NCBI GenBank assembly: GCA_965235115.1 | Contig: OZ249436.1 | Location: 6,512,001-6,576,000, forward strand | Direction: 5' to 3' | Length of the DNA: 64,000 nt | Source of the DNA: Laetmonice hystrix | Taxonomy: Eukaryota | Part shown: positions 26,125 to 39,795 of the stretch, piece after piece | Numbering within the stretch: position 1 is the stretch's first letter | Layout of the letters: every line of letters begins with the position of its first letter | Position numbers and translations under genes: made by a program | The notes under the pieces: generated by a model | Told to the model about the DNA's origin: nothing | What the model saw: only the letters and a program-made list of their open reading frames with translations | The model's database searches: none

Positions 26125-28483
26125 CGTAAGGCAGGATGGTTGCTGCGCATGGATACCACCAATTGACTCCGTAAAAATGGCAGCCAACCAAGGCAGAAAA
26201 CGGGCTCGCGGGAAACGCAGCGAACCTGTAATTGTCATCGACACCTTTCAGAATACTGCCACAAGCAGGAACTCAATAATGCATCTGCTAAGGAAGTCTT
26301 CATGCTTGGTCAAGTCTAATGGGTCTCAGACACATGGGTGTGGCTAACGGAGAGGGTGAAAGTGGCCATAAATGCATGCCTCACCCAGCTGGTACGAGCG
26401 TGGCGTGACTCTGTCGCACAGGCAGCCGAGCGAATTACAAAACACAATAAAAGTGGTGGTATCGCCTCCCTGCACAGTACCCAGAACTAATGTGCTGAGA
26501 AATGAGAATCGTTTTTCTGCAATAGAAGCCATAATGAGATGTATGACAAATGCGCAGTCGTCAGGTCAGTGACTGATGCGACACGTTGGTGGATGTGATC
26601 ATCGTCTTGGAGAACCTGGCTGGGTGGTTAATGCGTGCCCTGCTATCTTCATAGCACGTCCTCCCTAACCCAGCAGTCATTACATCCGGCCGACCCCGGC
26701 CCCCCAGCCTCAAAGTCCCACCGAGTCCCAGTGCCACTTGATTCTCAATATCTGCTGGCAGCCGAGTGTGGAGATTAGATTGTGTCAGAGAGGCCCTACC
26801 ATAGGGCCGGGGCAGGCAGCTATAGAGCAACTCTCAATGCCTCCGAATGCCGGTCAGACCCAGGCCTCCCTGGACCAGGTCTCCAGGGCTGCATGTCCAA
26901 TTCAGCCCATTGTGGAGCTGATTGGGGGCCCCTTCAGTGGTGCTAGGCTGAGCGTTTTGCATCTATGTGCACTTTAGAGGCCAGTGATTATATCAGGATT
27001 CACAACACTGAAGGTTTCAGAGCTGTCCTTGTGATGTGGAGGGAGTTGGGTTTTTTAAATATTTTTTTGGTAGTAATTTCTCCTTTTTTCCATTTTATTC
27101 ATGGTCTTGAACAGGGGGCGTCTGTTGGCTGGAGAGCCGGTGGAGTAGAAATAGCGGAGAGGGAGGGGGTGTACGTGAAGGACTGAAGTGGCACTGGATG
27201 GTAGGCAAGGTTAGAGGCAGTGCATCCATTATCTGTCACTGAGAGAAGCTCAGTCGATTGACCAATATCTCAGACACAATCCTACAACCGGTAAGCTAGC
27301 CGGTGAGTATCTCCAAACAGCCGGCCGCTCATTCATGGCATGGACATCGATGTCGAGATCCAGGCTGGGCTATCTGATGTCCGCTAGGGACACGGGCTTC
27401 CAGGATATTAAGGTATTTATGTTGCCACCGTGTTGGGATGGGAATCACGCTCTGAGAGACACAAGTGTGAATTGGATTCTGTGGAGTATCCGAACCAATA
27501 TATCAAAGCTTTGAGTTTGGTCACACATCAAATCAGGAATACGGCGGATAGGAAATCAAAGCAGTCGATCGAAATCACACATGACAAAGTCAACGCTCAA
27601 AATACACTACATTTACTTTAAGTATAAGTCTCCGAGGACCCTTCAGAATCCCCCGTCTATCAGTATTTGTGGCTGTATTTTGGTATATACCAGTATAGAC
27701 TATTGTATGTCAGAATGATCCAGTGCCTCTGGAGCATGTGTACATATAAAAAGGTACACCTATCTGTTTGTGGTGAGACTGTGGTAGACTGTGTGAGGCG
27801 GGACCAAGGGATTTCACTCTGTCAGTAGTATGTGGAAATGGCATACGTTGGCGTCCCACGATTTTTTTATCTAGCGTCAGGTACAGACTACATAGGTTAT
27901 TATACTTTGACAGTTTTAATGCAACAACAACATTTCGATAAATATAATGCGTTGATAATATAGTTTTCCCCCAGATATAAGGAAGGGAGAGTGTTTATGG
28001 AAAATTAAAGAAATTCGGAAACAGCATGCTCTTTTATAACTGTCATGTACGGGGGTCTGTTTACGACGGAAAATATCCTAACAAACATCAAATTAAAATT
28101 GTAACCTTTAGTTCGTGACAGTTGTCGAGTTGCAATTAAACGGCAATGTCTATGTTTGGCTTGCTTTCGGCAATATGGAAAAATGGAGCAAAAAGTGTCA
28201 TGTGAAGAGACGCTATAGCAAACAACGTCATAGACGATATCGATAAATACAATCAGATACGCCAGTTGATGTATTGACGTCAAGACAGTGAGTTGGTATT
28301 TATGAAACTGGACTTATCTGCTGGCCAGTGGCTGCTCGACAGTTACAGAGACTGACCTACTTCCGTAGATAAGAATAATTCGCGTTCAATGTCCCTGCCG
28401 TCATAAACTTCAATATGTAAAGTAAAAGGAATAGGAATATGACGATCTGAATATCCACTCTGGCCCGACAGACATGGTCCTCG

Positions 28484-28559
28484 TACACTTTGAGTGACCT
28501 ACACAGTGACCTACACTTTGAGTGACCTACACAGTGACCTACACTTTGAGTGACCTACA
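28484..28559. repeat. 28-bp tandem repeat, ~2.7 copies
   Basis: TACACTTTGAGTGACCTACACAGTGACC repeated. Confidence 0.88.
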
Positions 28560-29506
28560 GAATGCCTCAGTCTCGTCTCACACCTTCTCATCGACCCTAA
28601 CCCGTAAACGTCATTCTTATCTGTCGATCGTGTTGACATATTAGCTCATGGGCATGAATGCTTTCTCTGAGTAAAAGAGTCCAGAATTTCTATGAATATT
28701 GCATGATTGCAAGGTTGCCATATTGTATAAATATCTAACCACTATCGGTTGGAGATGTAGAGTTTTATAATCGTGACTGTTGTATTTAAGAGCAATGTGA
28801 GATATCGGTTCTGGTCCTAATACTGGAGAATGGCATGCACAACTGGAAACCTTGTCAACATGGGCACGATCAAGGTCAACTCTAGTCAGTCCTGCTTTTA
28901 TCTGATGCGTCCACTCTCTTTGCCAGTCTCATCGAATTTGGCAATCAATATGGTCATGTAATTTACACCCTTCAGTAAGCAAATTGTAGATGGCAGCGAT
29001 TGGAAGGGAGTGTGAGACTGTATTAGAGACTGAGAGAGGGCTGCCTAACAGCGCTGGACACTTGGTGGATAGTGGAGTATCGACAAGCACAATGACTTGA
29101 AGACGGCTTCACCTTCAGGGAGACTGAATCGGGGGGGGGGGGGGGCTTGGTGGACAAAAAAATGCGGGGGAAAGTTTTCCTACCAACGAGCCGTAATATA
29201 TTGCTGGATATGTATCTATTTATTTATTCAGTCTCAGAGTTTAAGCAATACTTATAATGAACATTTATATGGGGCTACGATTCAAAAGCCGTTCATAATG
29301 AAGTAAAAAGGTAAAGTACGTGGGCAATTTGAGAAAACTTGTCTACAATCTGAATCAGCCTTAAAATTTATGTCCTACCAACGGTGAATTTACAAGTAAC
29401 GATTGACTGGGATGGAATTTGATAGGAACTGCAGGACTGAGAGGTACTGTGTACAGAAATGATCTTAGCTTGCAGAAATAAGGATGCCAATGAATGACAG
29501 TGTAGT

Positions 29507-29738
29507 GCAGTAAGGACTTTATATGGAGCTACGATTGCAGTAATGGACTTTATATGGAGCTACGATTGCAGTAATGGACTTTATATGGAGCTACGATTGC
29601 AGTAATGGACTTTATATGGAGCTACGATTGCAGTAATGGACTTTATATGGAGCTACGATTGCAGTAATGGTCTTTATATGGAGCTACGATTGCAGTAATG
29701 CTCTTTATATGGAGATAAGATTGCAGTAATGGACTTTA
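29507..29738. repeat. 31-bp minisatellite, ~7 copies
   Basis: Unit GCAGTAATGGACTTTATATGGAGCTACGATT. Confidence 0.96.
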
Positions 29739-32578
29739 ACGAAGAGAAGTCCTAACTCTGGGATACACCAGTCTTTCATCATGCAATCTCTCGTGTCAGA
29801 AACCGCAGTACATTTCACTCGATTCGTTTATTTTTAATTTGAAATCAGATATGCAAAGTTTAAGTTGATATTTGTGAAACAATACTCCTGATGATTGATT
29901 AAAAGATAAAACGATTCATAGTCATTACCTTCATACAAGAATTAAACCATTCCCAATATCTATTATTCTATCATTGTAAGAATACGCGGAGAGAAACGTT
30001 GAACTCTCTGAATACAGTGAAAGAATGTTAAAGCGCTCCGTATGATAAAAGTTAGAATGGCCACCCCTGCTTATAAAGATGCCTCATTCATAAACACATA
30101 TCTCTTCATAAGTATGTGCATGTTTCCTCTCTACAGACTCAGGCACCAGATGTCCCTTCAGTATCGTCCTTTCAGTATTTATAAATCTCCAGCTTGGCAT
30201 GCAATATTTCACAATCTATACTTTAGGTCTACAGGATGTCGATAACAATTAAATATGATATAACAGATGAATGTTTTAGGCCTCATAAGCGCATATGATT
30301 TAAGGTCATTTAATACCAATTTGCATGGCCAGCCTTTAGTGGTGTAAACAAGACATGTATAGCGGTGAATGGGGTATATCCAGGTGAGGTTGTTTTTACG
30401 GGATATTCTGAACGTGAAATGCAAGGGTTAGGGATGGAACTTGTAAAATAGAGTGAGCTCTAAAACCGTATAAAGTTGACGGGAGCTGGCAGTTTGATGA
30501 AAGACTTGAGTCGACTGATGATATATTTATCACACCCGGTTGATGAGCGTTAGTGGGGCTGATAAAGCACGGAGGACGAGGAGGACTGGGCTGGGTGATC
30601 TGACGGGGAGCGTGAGGTGGCGGCCATCAGTTCCACAAGTCATACGTCAGGGGACATGTTGACACAGCACCGCCCACCACCGGAGGCTGGCGGGCGGCCT
30701 GCCCGTCCTCACAGCCATCAGGCTTCAAGTTCATCAAAGCCTGCCAGGCAGACGTACTCCACCACCACCCACAACCCTGACACTCAGCGACTCGTACCAC
30801 CTGCTTCACGGCAGCTCATCAGTCATTACCTTTCACTTTCTGCCCAGGTAGATCCAGTTTGCCATCATGAACTAATTCCAAGATCGGAGATAAAAAAAGG
30901 AACTTTATTAATTGACAAAACGATAACATATCTTCACTCAAAGCAGATGGGAAAGTCGTTGTAATTCAAATTTTTAAGCGTTAAATCTAAATGGAATGTG
31001 TCGCATGCTATGATCTTGGATGAAGTTAATAGGACTTGACATGCTTTGGATGCCAGCATTACAGTAGCAATTACCGCAGCATTTTCGTATTCATCTGAAC
31101 TAATTTGATTCATCAAATATTAACACAATAATGTTATCAATGCTTCAGTTGAGTTCTGCATGGTTAGCTCGGCAACTACAGTCAATATCCGGGCATGCTA
31201 GTCAAATTACTGAATGCGATTGAAACTGATATTGCAAGCAAATGTGTTTACTCGTTTACTACCGATATATGACTAGGTGGAAAATGAAACATGACAGACG
31301 TGAAACAGGAGATATTTTCTTGCGCCTTTTATTCGTTATAAGCATATCCAAGCCTTTCTCCGGGAGGATTAATTTAGATTTGAACACTTTACTGAAAAGT
31401 TTTATTGAAGTCTGAAGTAACAAGGAAAACTTGAGAAGCCACAGCGATGTGTTATTGAACACCTGGTACTATCAAGTTTTTTTCCGAAGTAAGCTTTTCC
31501 CTGATCTCAATCTAGTTTTGTTTGTGTGTTTTTTAAAGAGAAAAGAGAAAATCGACTTAATCAATATAGAGTATGATTAAGTAACAGGCTGGGATCCTAT
31601 GCGAACCGGTTTAAACTGCTTTCCAAATTTCTTCAGCACCCTCAGCACCATCACTGATTCGTCAGGTTTTTACCTAGCTCATTACAAATGACATCTATAG
31701 AGTTACCAGATCGCGTAAAACGGCGAGCTGTTTGCTCAAGTTCGTGTTATCTGTGGCCTGTGTGTGTGTGGCCTGTGTGTGTGGGTGTGTGGGCTGGGGG
31801 GGGGTATAGATGAGTACGCTGAAACTTTGCCGGAGGACGAACAAATGACGAGTGTTGTAACAGAGCCACCTCACTACGAGTCAAACACTCTGCCAATCAT
31901 GTGCCATTCACGTGTTGTGATGCTCTGGGTGATGCCCAGAGACAATATCAGCTTGCCTAATGATAGTCGCAGGCAGGGAAGGCCTATTTGGGCAGTATTC
32001 TCTTACATGGCACCAAGCCAATTTGTCCATTTTGTCGGTAGAAGAAACGATCGAGCATCATCGTTGTCGAACAGTAATGAGATCATGTTCTTAGCATTGC
32101 CGACGGCCTGGCCTAATGTAGTCATAATTTTTGTTGGACTAGTTCTCTTGTAGAACTTGTTAGGCAAAGATTGACATCTTTAGTCCAAGTGTATCCACTC
32201 TTTGCTGTCATTGATACAGAAGCTCCCTGTAGTCAATCATTATAGGAGATTTCCCCGAGGAGAGCATGGCAATTGAGAGAAATGAGGGACAGCAAATCCG
32301 TCCAGACTGTACATCGCTATAACCACAAACTCTGGTATTATAGGGAGCTTTCAGCAATAGCAAATGGAGACTATGATTGCAGGAAATGATTGTCTTTTAG
32401 TGAGGCCAGCTACTTCTTGGAAAACAATGAACTCTGGTCGGAAAATAGAGCGTCATTATAGGGCAACCCTGAAACCAAATCTACGCTCATTGGTTCCCGA
32501 CGCGAGTTCAGCTTGCCCGACTGACGAATTTCATCACTATTGATGAACGCTGACAGGAGCCCACGTAGCAGTGGTTGG

Positions 32579-33297
32579 AACGCTAGCCAGACTGGTACGG
32601 AGAACACGTGACATTATGTAGTGGTCTGAACGCTAGCCAGCCTGGTACGGAGAACACGTGACATTATGTAGTGGTCTGAACGCTAGCCAGCCTGGTACGG
32701 AGAACTAACACGTGACATTATGTAGTGGTCTGAACGCTAGCCAGCCTGGTACAGAGAACTAACACGTGACATTATGTAGTGGTCTGAACGCTAGCCAGCC
32801 TGGTACGGAGAACACGTGACATTATGTAGTGGTCTGAACGCTAGCCAGCCTGGTACGGAGAACTAACACGTGACATTATGTAGTGGTCTGAACGCTAGCC
32901 AGACTGGTACGAAGAACTAACACGTGACATTATGTAGTGGTCTGAACGCTAGCCAGCCTGGTACGGAGAACACGTGACATTATGTAGTGGTCTGAACGCT
33001 AGCCAGCCTGGTACGGAGAACTAACACGTGACATTATGTAGTGGTCTGAACGCTAGCCAGCCTGGTACGGAGAACTAACACGTGACATGTAGTGGTCTGA
33101 ACGCTAGCCAGCCTGGTACGAAGAACTAACACGTGACATGTAGTGGTCTGAACGCTAGCCAGCCTGGTACGAAGAACTAACACGTGACATTATGTAGTGG
33201 TCTGAACGCTAGCCAGCCTGGTACGGAGAACTAACACGTGACATTATGTAGAAGGTCTGAACGCTAGCCAGCCTGGTACGGAGAACACGTGACATTA
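32579..33297. repeat. 50/54-bp minisatellite, ~14 copies
   Basis: Unit AACGCTAGCCAGCCTGGTACGGAGAAC(TAAC)ACGTGACATTATGTAGTGGTCTG. Confidence 0.97.
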
Positions 33298-33662
33298 GGT
33301 AGTACCATGATTACCTTCACCGACGTATGAGCAGACAGGTCAGGGCCCCTTCTGTGGCTTCGTCAGAATGCCTCCTCTCGAACCACTGGCTTCCGCATTC
33401 AGCGAACCCTTCTCGTATATTACGTGGGTCGGTAACCTATAGTAAAGGACTGATCTTGTTTAAATGACAGTTGGTGGCAGTTATTGAGTACGTACTGGCG
33501 TTTTATGTGACAGATCTCAGCAGTATATTTGGTGAAACGTGTACATTGTGGCTCTGGAGTGCTACAGTCACCATGAAGATTACGCCGAAACACTCATCGT
33601 GAGGCGGATCCTCCGACAGGAACTCGACAGGCCTGAAGTGTCAGGAAAGATAAATTGTCTGA

Positions 33663-34787
33663 CAATAGTGTCAGGCAGTTTATGCTGGAAGATGTGTGAG
33701 CTGCTGTCAATAGTGTCAGGCAGTTTATGCTGGGAGATGTGTGAGCTGCTGTCAATAGTGTCAGGCAGTTTATGCTGGGAGATGTGTGAGCTGCTGTCAA
33801 TAGTGTCAGGCAGTTTATGCTGGGAGATGTGTGAGCTGCTGTCAATAGTGTCAGGCAGTTTATGCTGGGAGATGTGTGAGCTGCTGTCAATAGTGTCAGG
33901 CAGTTTATGCTGGGAGATGTGTGAGCTGCTGTCAATAGTGTCAGGCAGTTTAATGCTGGGAGATGTGTGACCTGCTGTCAATAGTGTCAGGCAGTTTATG
34001 CTGGGAGATGTGTGAGCTGCTGTCAATAGTGTCAGGCAGTTTATGCTGGGAGATGTGTGAGCTGCTGTCAATAGTGTCAGGCAGTTTATGCTGGGAGATG
34101 TGTGAGCTGCTGTCAATAGTGTCAGGCAGTTTATGCTGGGAGATGTGTGAGCTGCTGTCAATAGTGTCAGGCAGTTTATGCTGGGAGATGTGTGAGCTGC
34201 TGTCAATAGTGTCAGGCAGTTTATGCTGGGAGATGTGTGAGCTGCTGTCAATAGTGTCAGGCAGTTTAATGCTGGGAGATGTGTGACCTGCTGTCAATAG
34301 TGTCAGGCAGTTTATGCTGGGAGATGTGTGAGCTGCTGTCAATAGTGTCAGGCAGTTTATGCTGGGAGATGTGTGAGCTGCTGTCAATAGTGTCAGGCAG
34401 TTTATGCTGGGAGATGTGTGAGCTGCTGTCAATAGTGTCAGGCAGTTTATGCTGGGAGATGTGTGAGCTGCTGTCAATAGTGTCAGGCAGTTTATGCTGG
34501 GAGATGTGTGAGCTGCTGTCAATAGTGTCAGGCAGTTTATGCTGGGAGATGTGTGAGCTGCTGTCAATAGTGTCAGGCAGTTTATGCTGGGAGATGTGTG
34601 AGCTGCTGTCAATAGTGTCAGGCAGTTTATGCTGGGAGATGTGTGAGCTGCTGTCAATAGTGTCAGGCAGTTTATGCTGGGAGATGTGTGAGCTGCTGTC
34701 AATAGTGTCAGGCAGTTTATGCTGGGAGATGTGTGAGCTGCTGTCAATAGTGTCAGGCAGTTTATGCTAGGAGATGTGTGAGCTGCC
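33663..34787. repeat. 45-bp minisatellite, ~25 copies
   Basis: Unit CAATAGTGTCAGGCAGTTTATGCTGGGAGATGTGTGAGCTGCTGT. Confidence 0.98.
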
Positions 34788-35322
34788 ATGTTTGATCCAT
34801 CCATACTGAGGCCAACTGGAGATCCACTAAAATCCACTATTATTTATGTTATTTTATTAAAACTTCTCAAATCCACCATGTACAATTGTTATCACCATAT
34901 GAGAAATAATACTATTGAATCAAGAAAAGTCTAACGTTTGCTTCATGGAATCTTGTTTTTCTTGGCGAGATTAGACCGAATCACAGACTGTTTACATCTC
35001 GTTCCCATATGTCTTACGGTTCTTATTGTATGCTTTGACAGCTGGCTTTTATTGATATATATTAACATCATTCAGAAATATCACCGTGACACTGGCTTTA
35101 TGAGGTATAGGTTCAATTAAATCAACAATAGCTTAGATACCTTAGCTATGAAATGTCAGCGTATTGTAGGGAAGCGTCTATATCGAATAACGAAGCCAAT
35201 TTACCCAATATGTACTTAGACAGTTGTACCAGTAATCATTTAAATGTTGGCCAGTATCAGGGTTCCTTTTACCATGCTAATTATCACCAGTATATTGACA
35301 GATAGTAAAGGTCTCAATGATT

Positions 35323-36594
35323 AGGTTCCTGCTGCACGGCAGGTGATTGTTGAAATCTCCTAGTTTACGTCAGTATGGTCAGGTTCCTGCTGCGGCAGGT
35401 GCTTGTTGAAATCTCCTAGTTTACGTCAGTATGGTCAGGTTCCTGCTGCGGCAGGTGCTTGTTGACATCTCTTAGTTTACGTCAGTATGGTCAGGTTCCT
35501 GCTGCGGCAGGTGCTTGTTGAAATCTGCTAGTTTACGTCAGTATGGTCAGGTTCCTGCTGCGGCAGGTACTTGTTGAAATCTGCTAGTTTACGTCAGTAT
35601 GGCCAGGTTCCTGCTGCGGCAGGTGATTGTTGAAATATCCTAGTTTACGTCAGTATGGTCAGGTTCCTGCTGCGGCAGGTGCTTGTTGACATCTCTTAGT
35701 TTACGTCAGTATGGTCAGGTTCCTGCTGCGGCAGGTGCTTGTTGAAATCTCCTAGTTTACGTCAGTATGGTCAGGTTCCTGCTGCGGCAGGTACTTGTTG
35801 AAATCTGCTAGTTTACGTCAGTATGGCCAGGTTCCTGCTGCGGCAGGTGATTGTTGAAATATCTTAGTTTACGTCAGTATGGTCAGGTTCCTGCTGCGGC
35901 AGGTGCTTGTTGACATCTCTTAGTTTACGTCAGTATGGTCAGGTTCCTGCTGCGGCAGGTGCTTGTTGAAATCTCCTAGTTTACGTCAGTATGGTCAGGT
36001 TCCTGCTGCGGCAGGTACTTGTTGAAATCTGCTAGTTTACGTCAGTATGGCCAGGTTCCTGCTGCGGCAGGTGATTGTTGAAATATCTTAGTTTACGTCA
36101 GTATGGTCAGGTTCCTGCTGCGGCAGGTGATTGTTGAAATCTCCTAGTTTACGTCAGTATGGTCAGGTTCCTGCTGCGGCAGGTACTTGTTGAAATCTCC
36201 TAGTTTACGTCAGTATGGTCAGGTTCCTGCTGCGGCAGGTACTTGTTGAAATCTCCTAATTCACGTCAGTATGGTCAGGTTCCTGCTGCGGCAGGTGTTT
36301 GTTGAAATCTCCTAGTTTACGTCAGTATGGTCAGGTTCCTGCTGCGGCAGGTACTTGTTGAAATCTCCTAGTTTACGTCAGTATGGTCAGGTTCCTGCTG
36401 CGGCAGGTACTTGTTGAAATCTCCTAGTTTACGTCAGTATGGTCAGGTTCCTGCTGCGGCAGGTACTTGTTGAAATCTCCTAGTTTACGTCAGTATGGTC
36501 AGGTTCCTGCTGCGGCAGGTACTTGTTGAAATCTGCTAGTTTACGTCAGTATGGTCAGGTTCGTGCTGCGGCAGGTGCTTGTTGAAATCTCCTA
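35323..36594. repeat. 56-bp minisatellite, ~22-23 copies
   Basis: Unit AGGTTCCTGCTGCGGCAGGTRCTTGTTGAAATCTCCTAGTTTACGTCAGTATGGTC. Confidence 0.98.
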
Positions 36595-36870
36595 CAAATC
36601 TTGTTCAACAGTGGTTCAGATACATGTAGCCTGACTGGCTATCTTCAGTACGTACCATACTACATGCAGCTATCATCCACTGTCACATTCACAGATATTA
36701 ATAGACGGTTTATGCTCCATTTACCTCTGATAATTGAGAAGGGTGATAAGACAGAGGTCAGGGTGGGGTCAGTGAGGGGGCGGGGCACATTGACCGTTTA
36801 GTGACAGTGAGTGACGAGTGTGAGATAGGTCAAACTCAGAGCTCCTGTTCTAGACATGGGGCGTCACCCG

Positions 36871-37793
36871 AACACTGCAGCCATAGGTCGACCAACAGAC
36901 AGGTGGAATGAACACTGCAGCCAGATGTCGACCACCAGACCAGGTGGAATGAACACTGCATCCAGATGTCGACCACCAGACAGGTGGAATGAACATTGCA
37001 GCCATAGGTCGACCACCAGACAGGTGGAATGGACACTGCAGCTATAGGTCGACCACCAGACAGGTGGAATTGACACTGCAGCCAGATGTCGACCACCAGA
37101 CAGGTGGAATGAACACTGCAGCCATAGGCCGACCACCAGACAGGTGGGGCGGACACTGCAGCCATAGGTCGACCACCAGACAGGTGGGGCGGACACTGCA
37201 GCCATAGGTCGACCACCAGACAGGTGGGGCGGACACTGCAGCCATAGGTCGACCACCAGACCAGGTGGAATGGACACTGCAGCCAGATGTCGACCACCAG
37301 ACAGGTGGAATGAACACTGCAGCCATAGGTCGACCACCAGACAGGTGGGGCGGACACTGCAGCCATAGGTCGACCACCAGACCAGGTGGAATGGACACTG
37401 CAGCCATAGGTCGACCACCAGACCAGGTGGAATGAACACTGCAGCCATAGGTCGACCACCAGACAGGTGGGGCGGACACTGCAGCCATAGGTGGACCACC
37501 AGACAGGTGGGGCGGACACTGCAGCCATAGGTGGACCCCCAGACAGGTGGGGCGGACACTGCAGCCATAGGTCGACCACCAGACAGGTGGGGCGGACACT
37601 GCAGCCATAGGTGGACCACCAGACAGGTGGGGCGGACACTGCAGCCATAGGTGGACCCCCAGACCAGGTGGAATGGACACTGCAGCCATAGGTCGACCAC
37701 CAGACCAGGTGGAATGAACACTGCAGCCATAGGTCGACCACCAGACAGGTGGGGCGGACACTGCAGCCATAGGTCGACCACCAGACAGGTGGG
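36871..37793. repeat. 40/41-bp minisatellite, ~23 copies
   Basis: Unit ACACTGCAGCCATAGGTCGACCACCAGA(C)CAGGTGG followed by AATG or GGCG and a purine. Confidence 0.97.
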
Positions 37794-38570
37794 ATGGATA
37801 TGCCATACTGCTGTTTTCTGGGTGGTCAACGTCGGCTAGAATGGTCATGACAGAAGAGGGGCAGTTGGAGGAACACCGTCTGAGAAAAGAACTATGGCTC
37901 TCCCCGTCCGGAAACTTGAGATAATCAATGTTGAGGTATGAAAGGGCAGTGAATCGATGTAATCTGGTGTAATGGCTCGTGGGTGGTATATGACCTGCAG
38001 GTGCCCGATCACAGCGCCGTCTGTTGGTTGCCGCTGTCTCTGTGCCCCCTGACAGATCCCGCTCTGTGTCAGCGTAAATGACACCATCCCCTCTTAGTCA
38101 TGATTTGTCTCCCCCCCCCACCACCACTACCACCACCGCCACCACCACCCAGATCATAAATACAGTTTTATATTAGACGACAGTAGGCCCTAATAAGGCC
38201 CAGAAGATGTTGTTTACACTCATGATGAACTGTCAGTATGAACTTATTGGTTACTCAGATAACTGTTTTTGAGGTTCGGTTAGAATCTAATAAGATTTTC
38301 TTATAACTGCCCTCAACGCTTCGTTCAATCTTAACAAGGTAATCCTGAAACCTGCCCGGCCAAAGTAACAATCGTCATTCCTGGTACATGTCGCTTAACG
38401 TCATCACGGACTTTCCTGTTAGTTCCTGTTAGTTATTGCCAAGTTATTCTTAGGAATCAAATTTTGTTATTGAACTGACAGGTTTATTGCCCCATACGTA
38501 GTCATGACAAGGTCGATGACATTCAGTATTGCTGACAACGTGTTGTAACGTTAGCCGGCCTGTTGAGAAC

Positions 38571-38765
38571 GGGGGGCCGCGGTGGTTGAACGGTCTAAGG
38601 CTCCGGCTGGTGGGCTCAGGGCTTTTTACTGCGGGTTCGAATCCCCTTCGCATAAATGAGAAGGGTTGTCAGTTACCGACATCAGGTGGCTGGGTTTCCC
38701 CAGATACGGTAAAACTTTCCACCTCGAGATGATCATATTGTGGAAGCGTAAAGGTCCAATCCTAA
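38571..38765 (+). mobile_element. tRNA-derived SINE (degenerate copy)
   Basis: GGGGGGCCGC head, A-box-like GGTGGTTGAACGGTCTAAGG (38581) and perfect B box GGTTCGAATCC (38634-38644). It then runs into a non-tRNA body with no acceptor-stem closure. The 3' boundary is uncertain. Confidence 0.7.
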
Positions 38766-39031
38766 TTTAAAATCTGTGTGGAACCTGTGAAAAGTTCCGC
38801 GGGTCGAATATTGCCCAGGATGAGAAGGTCCGAATGATCGCCCGGTCGTGCCCGAGTAGATAGGACAATCATTTTGGTCATCTATTGATGTTCATTGTCC
38901 ATTAGTTCTTGGCAAGCTCTAGGTAAACACGAGTCCGAGTCTGAAGGTGTAAGATAGCGGGGGAGTAGCGGTAAATCTTCTCTACTTGGATTCAGCTATT
39001 GTGTCCAGTCAAAGAGCGGACAGGCTTGCGG

Positions 39032-39795
39032 TGTGAATGTATAGGTGGATCTGCTTACATTGGGCTGCCCGCCTGTGAATGTATAGGTGGATCTGCTTAC
39101 ATTGGGCTGCCCGCCTGTGAATGTATAGGTGGATCTGCTTACATTGGGCTACCCGCCTGTGAATGTATAGGTGGATCTGCTCACATTGGGCTGCCCGCCT
39201 GTGAATGTATAGGTGGATCTGCTTACATTGGGCTGCCCGCCTGTGAATGTATAGGTGGATCTGCTTACATTGGGCTGCCCGCCTGTGAATGTATAGGTGG
39301 ATCTGCTTACATTGGGCTGCCCGCCTGTGAATGTATATGTGGATCTGCTTACATTGGGCTGCCCGCCTGTGAATGTATAGGTGGATCTGCTTACATTGGG
39401 CTGCCCGCCTGTGAATGTATAGGTGGATCTGCTTACATTGGGCTGCCCGCCTGTGAATGTATAGGTGGATCTGCTTACATTGGCCGCCCGCCTGTGAATG
39501 TATAGGTGGATCTGCTTACATTGGGCTCCCCGCCTGTGAATGTATAGGTGGATCTGCTTACATTGGCCATGGGCTGCCCGCCTGTGAATGTATAGGTGGA
39601 TCTGCTTACATTGGGCTGCCCGCCTGTGAATGTATAGGTGGATCTGCTTACATTGGCCGCCCGCCTGTGAATGTATAGGTGGATCTGCTTACATTGGGCT
39701 GCCCGCCTGTGAATGTATAGGTGGATCTGCTTACATTGGGCTGCCCGCCTGTGAATGTATAGGTGGATATCTGCTTACATTGGGCTGCCCGCCTG
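39032..39795. repeat. 42-bp minisatellite, ~18 copies
   Basis: Unit TGTGAATGTATAGGTGGATCTGCTTACATTGGGCTGCCCGCC. Confidence 0.98.

Noticed and set aside
25239..26347. Three overlapping 245-358-aa ORFs
   Set aside because: All three + frames are open only because the 28/29-bp unit lacks stop codons; this is a repeat artefact.
38571..38650. Functional tRNA (Leu/Ser-like) gene
   Set aside because: A and B boxes are present, but the 3' acceptor strand does not pair with the 5' end and the sequence runs on into a SINE-like body.
33539..39678. Cys-rich repeat ORFs over the 45-, 40/41- and 42-bp arrays
   Set aside because: They coincide with minisatellites, are open in several frames and on both strands, and are interrupted by 1-bp indels.
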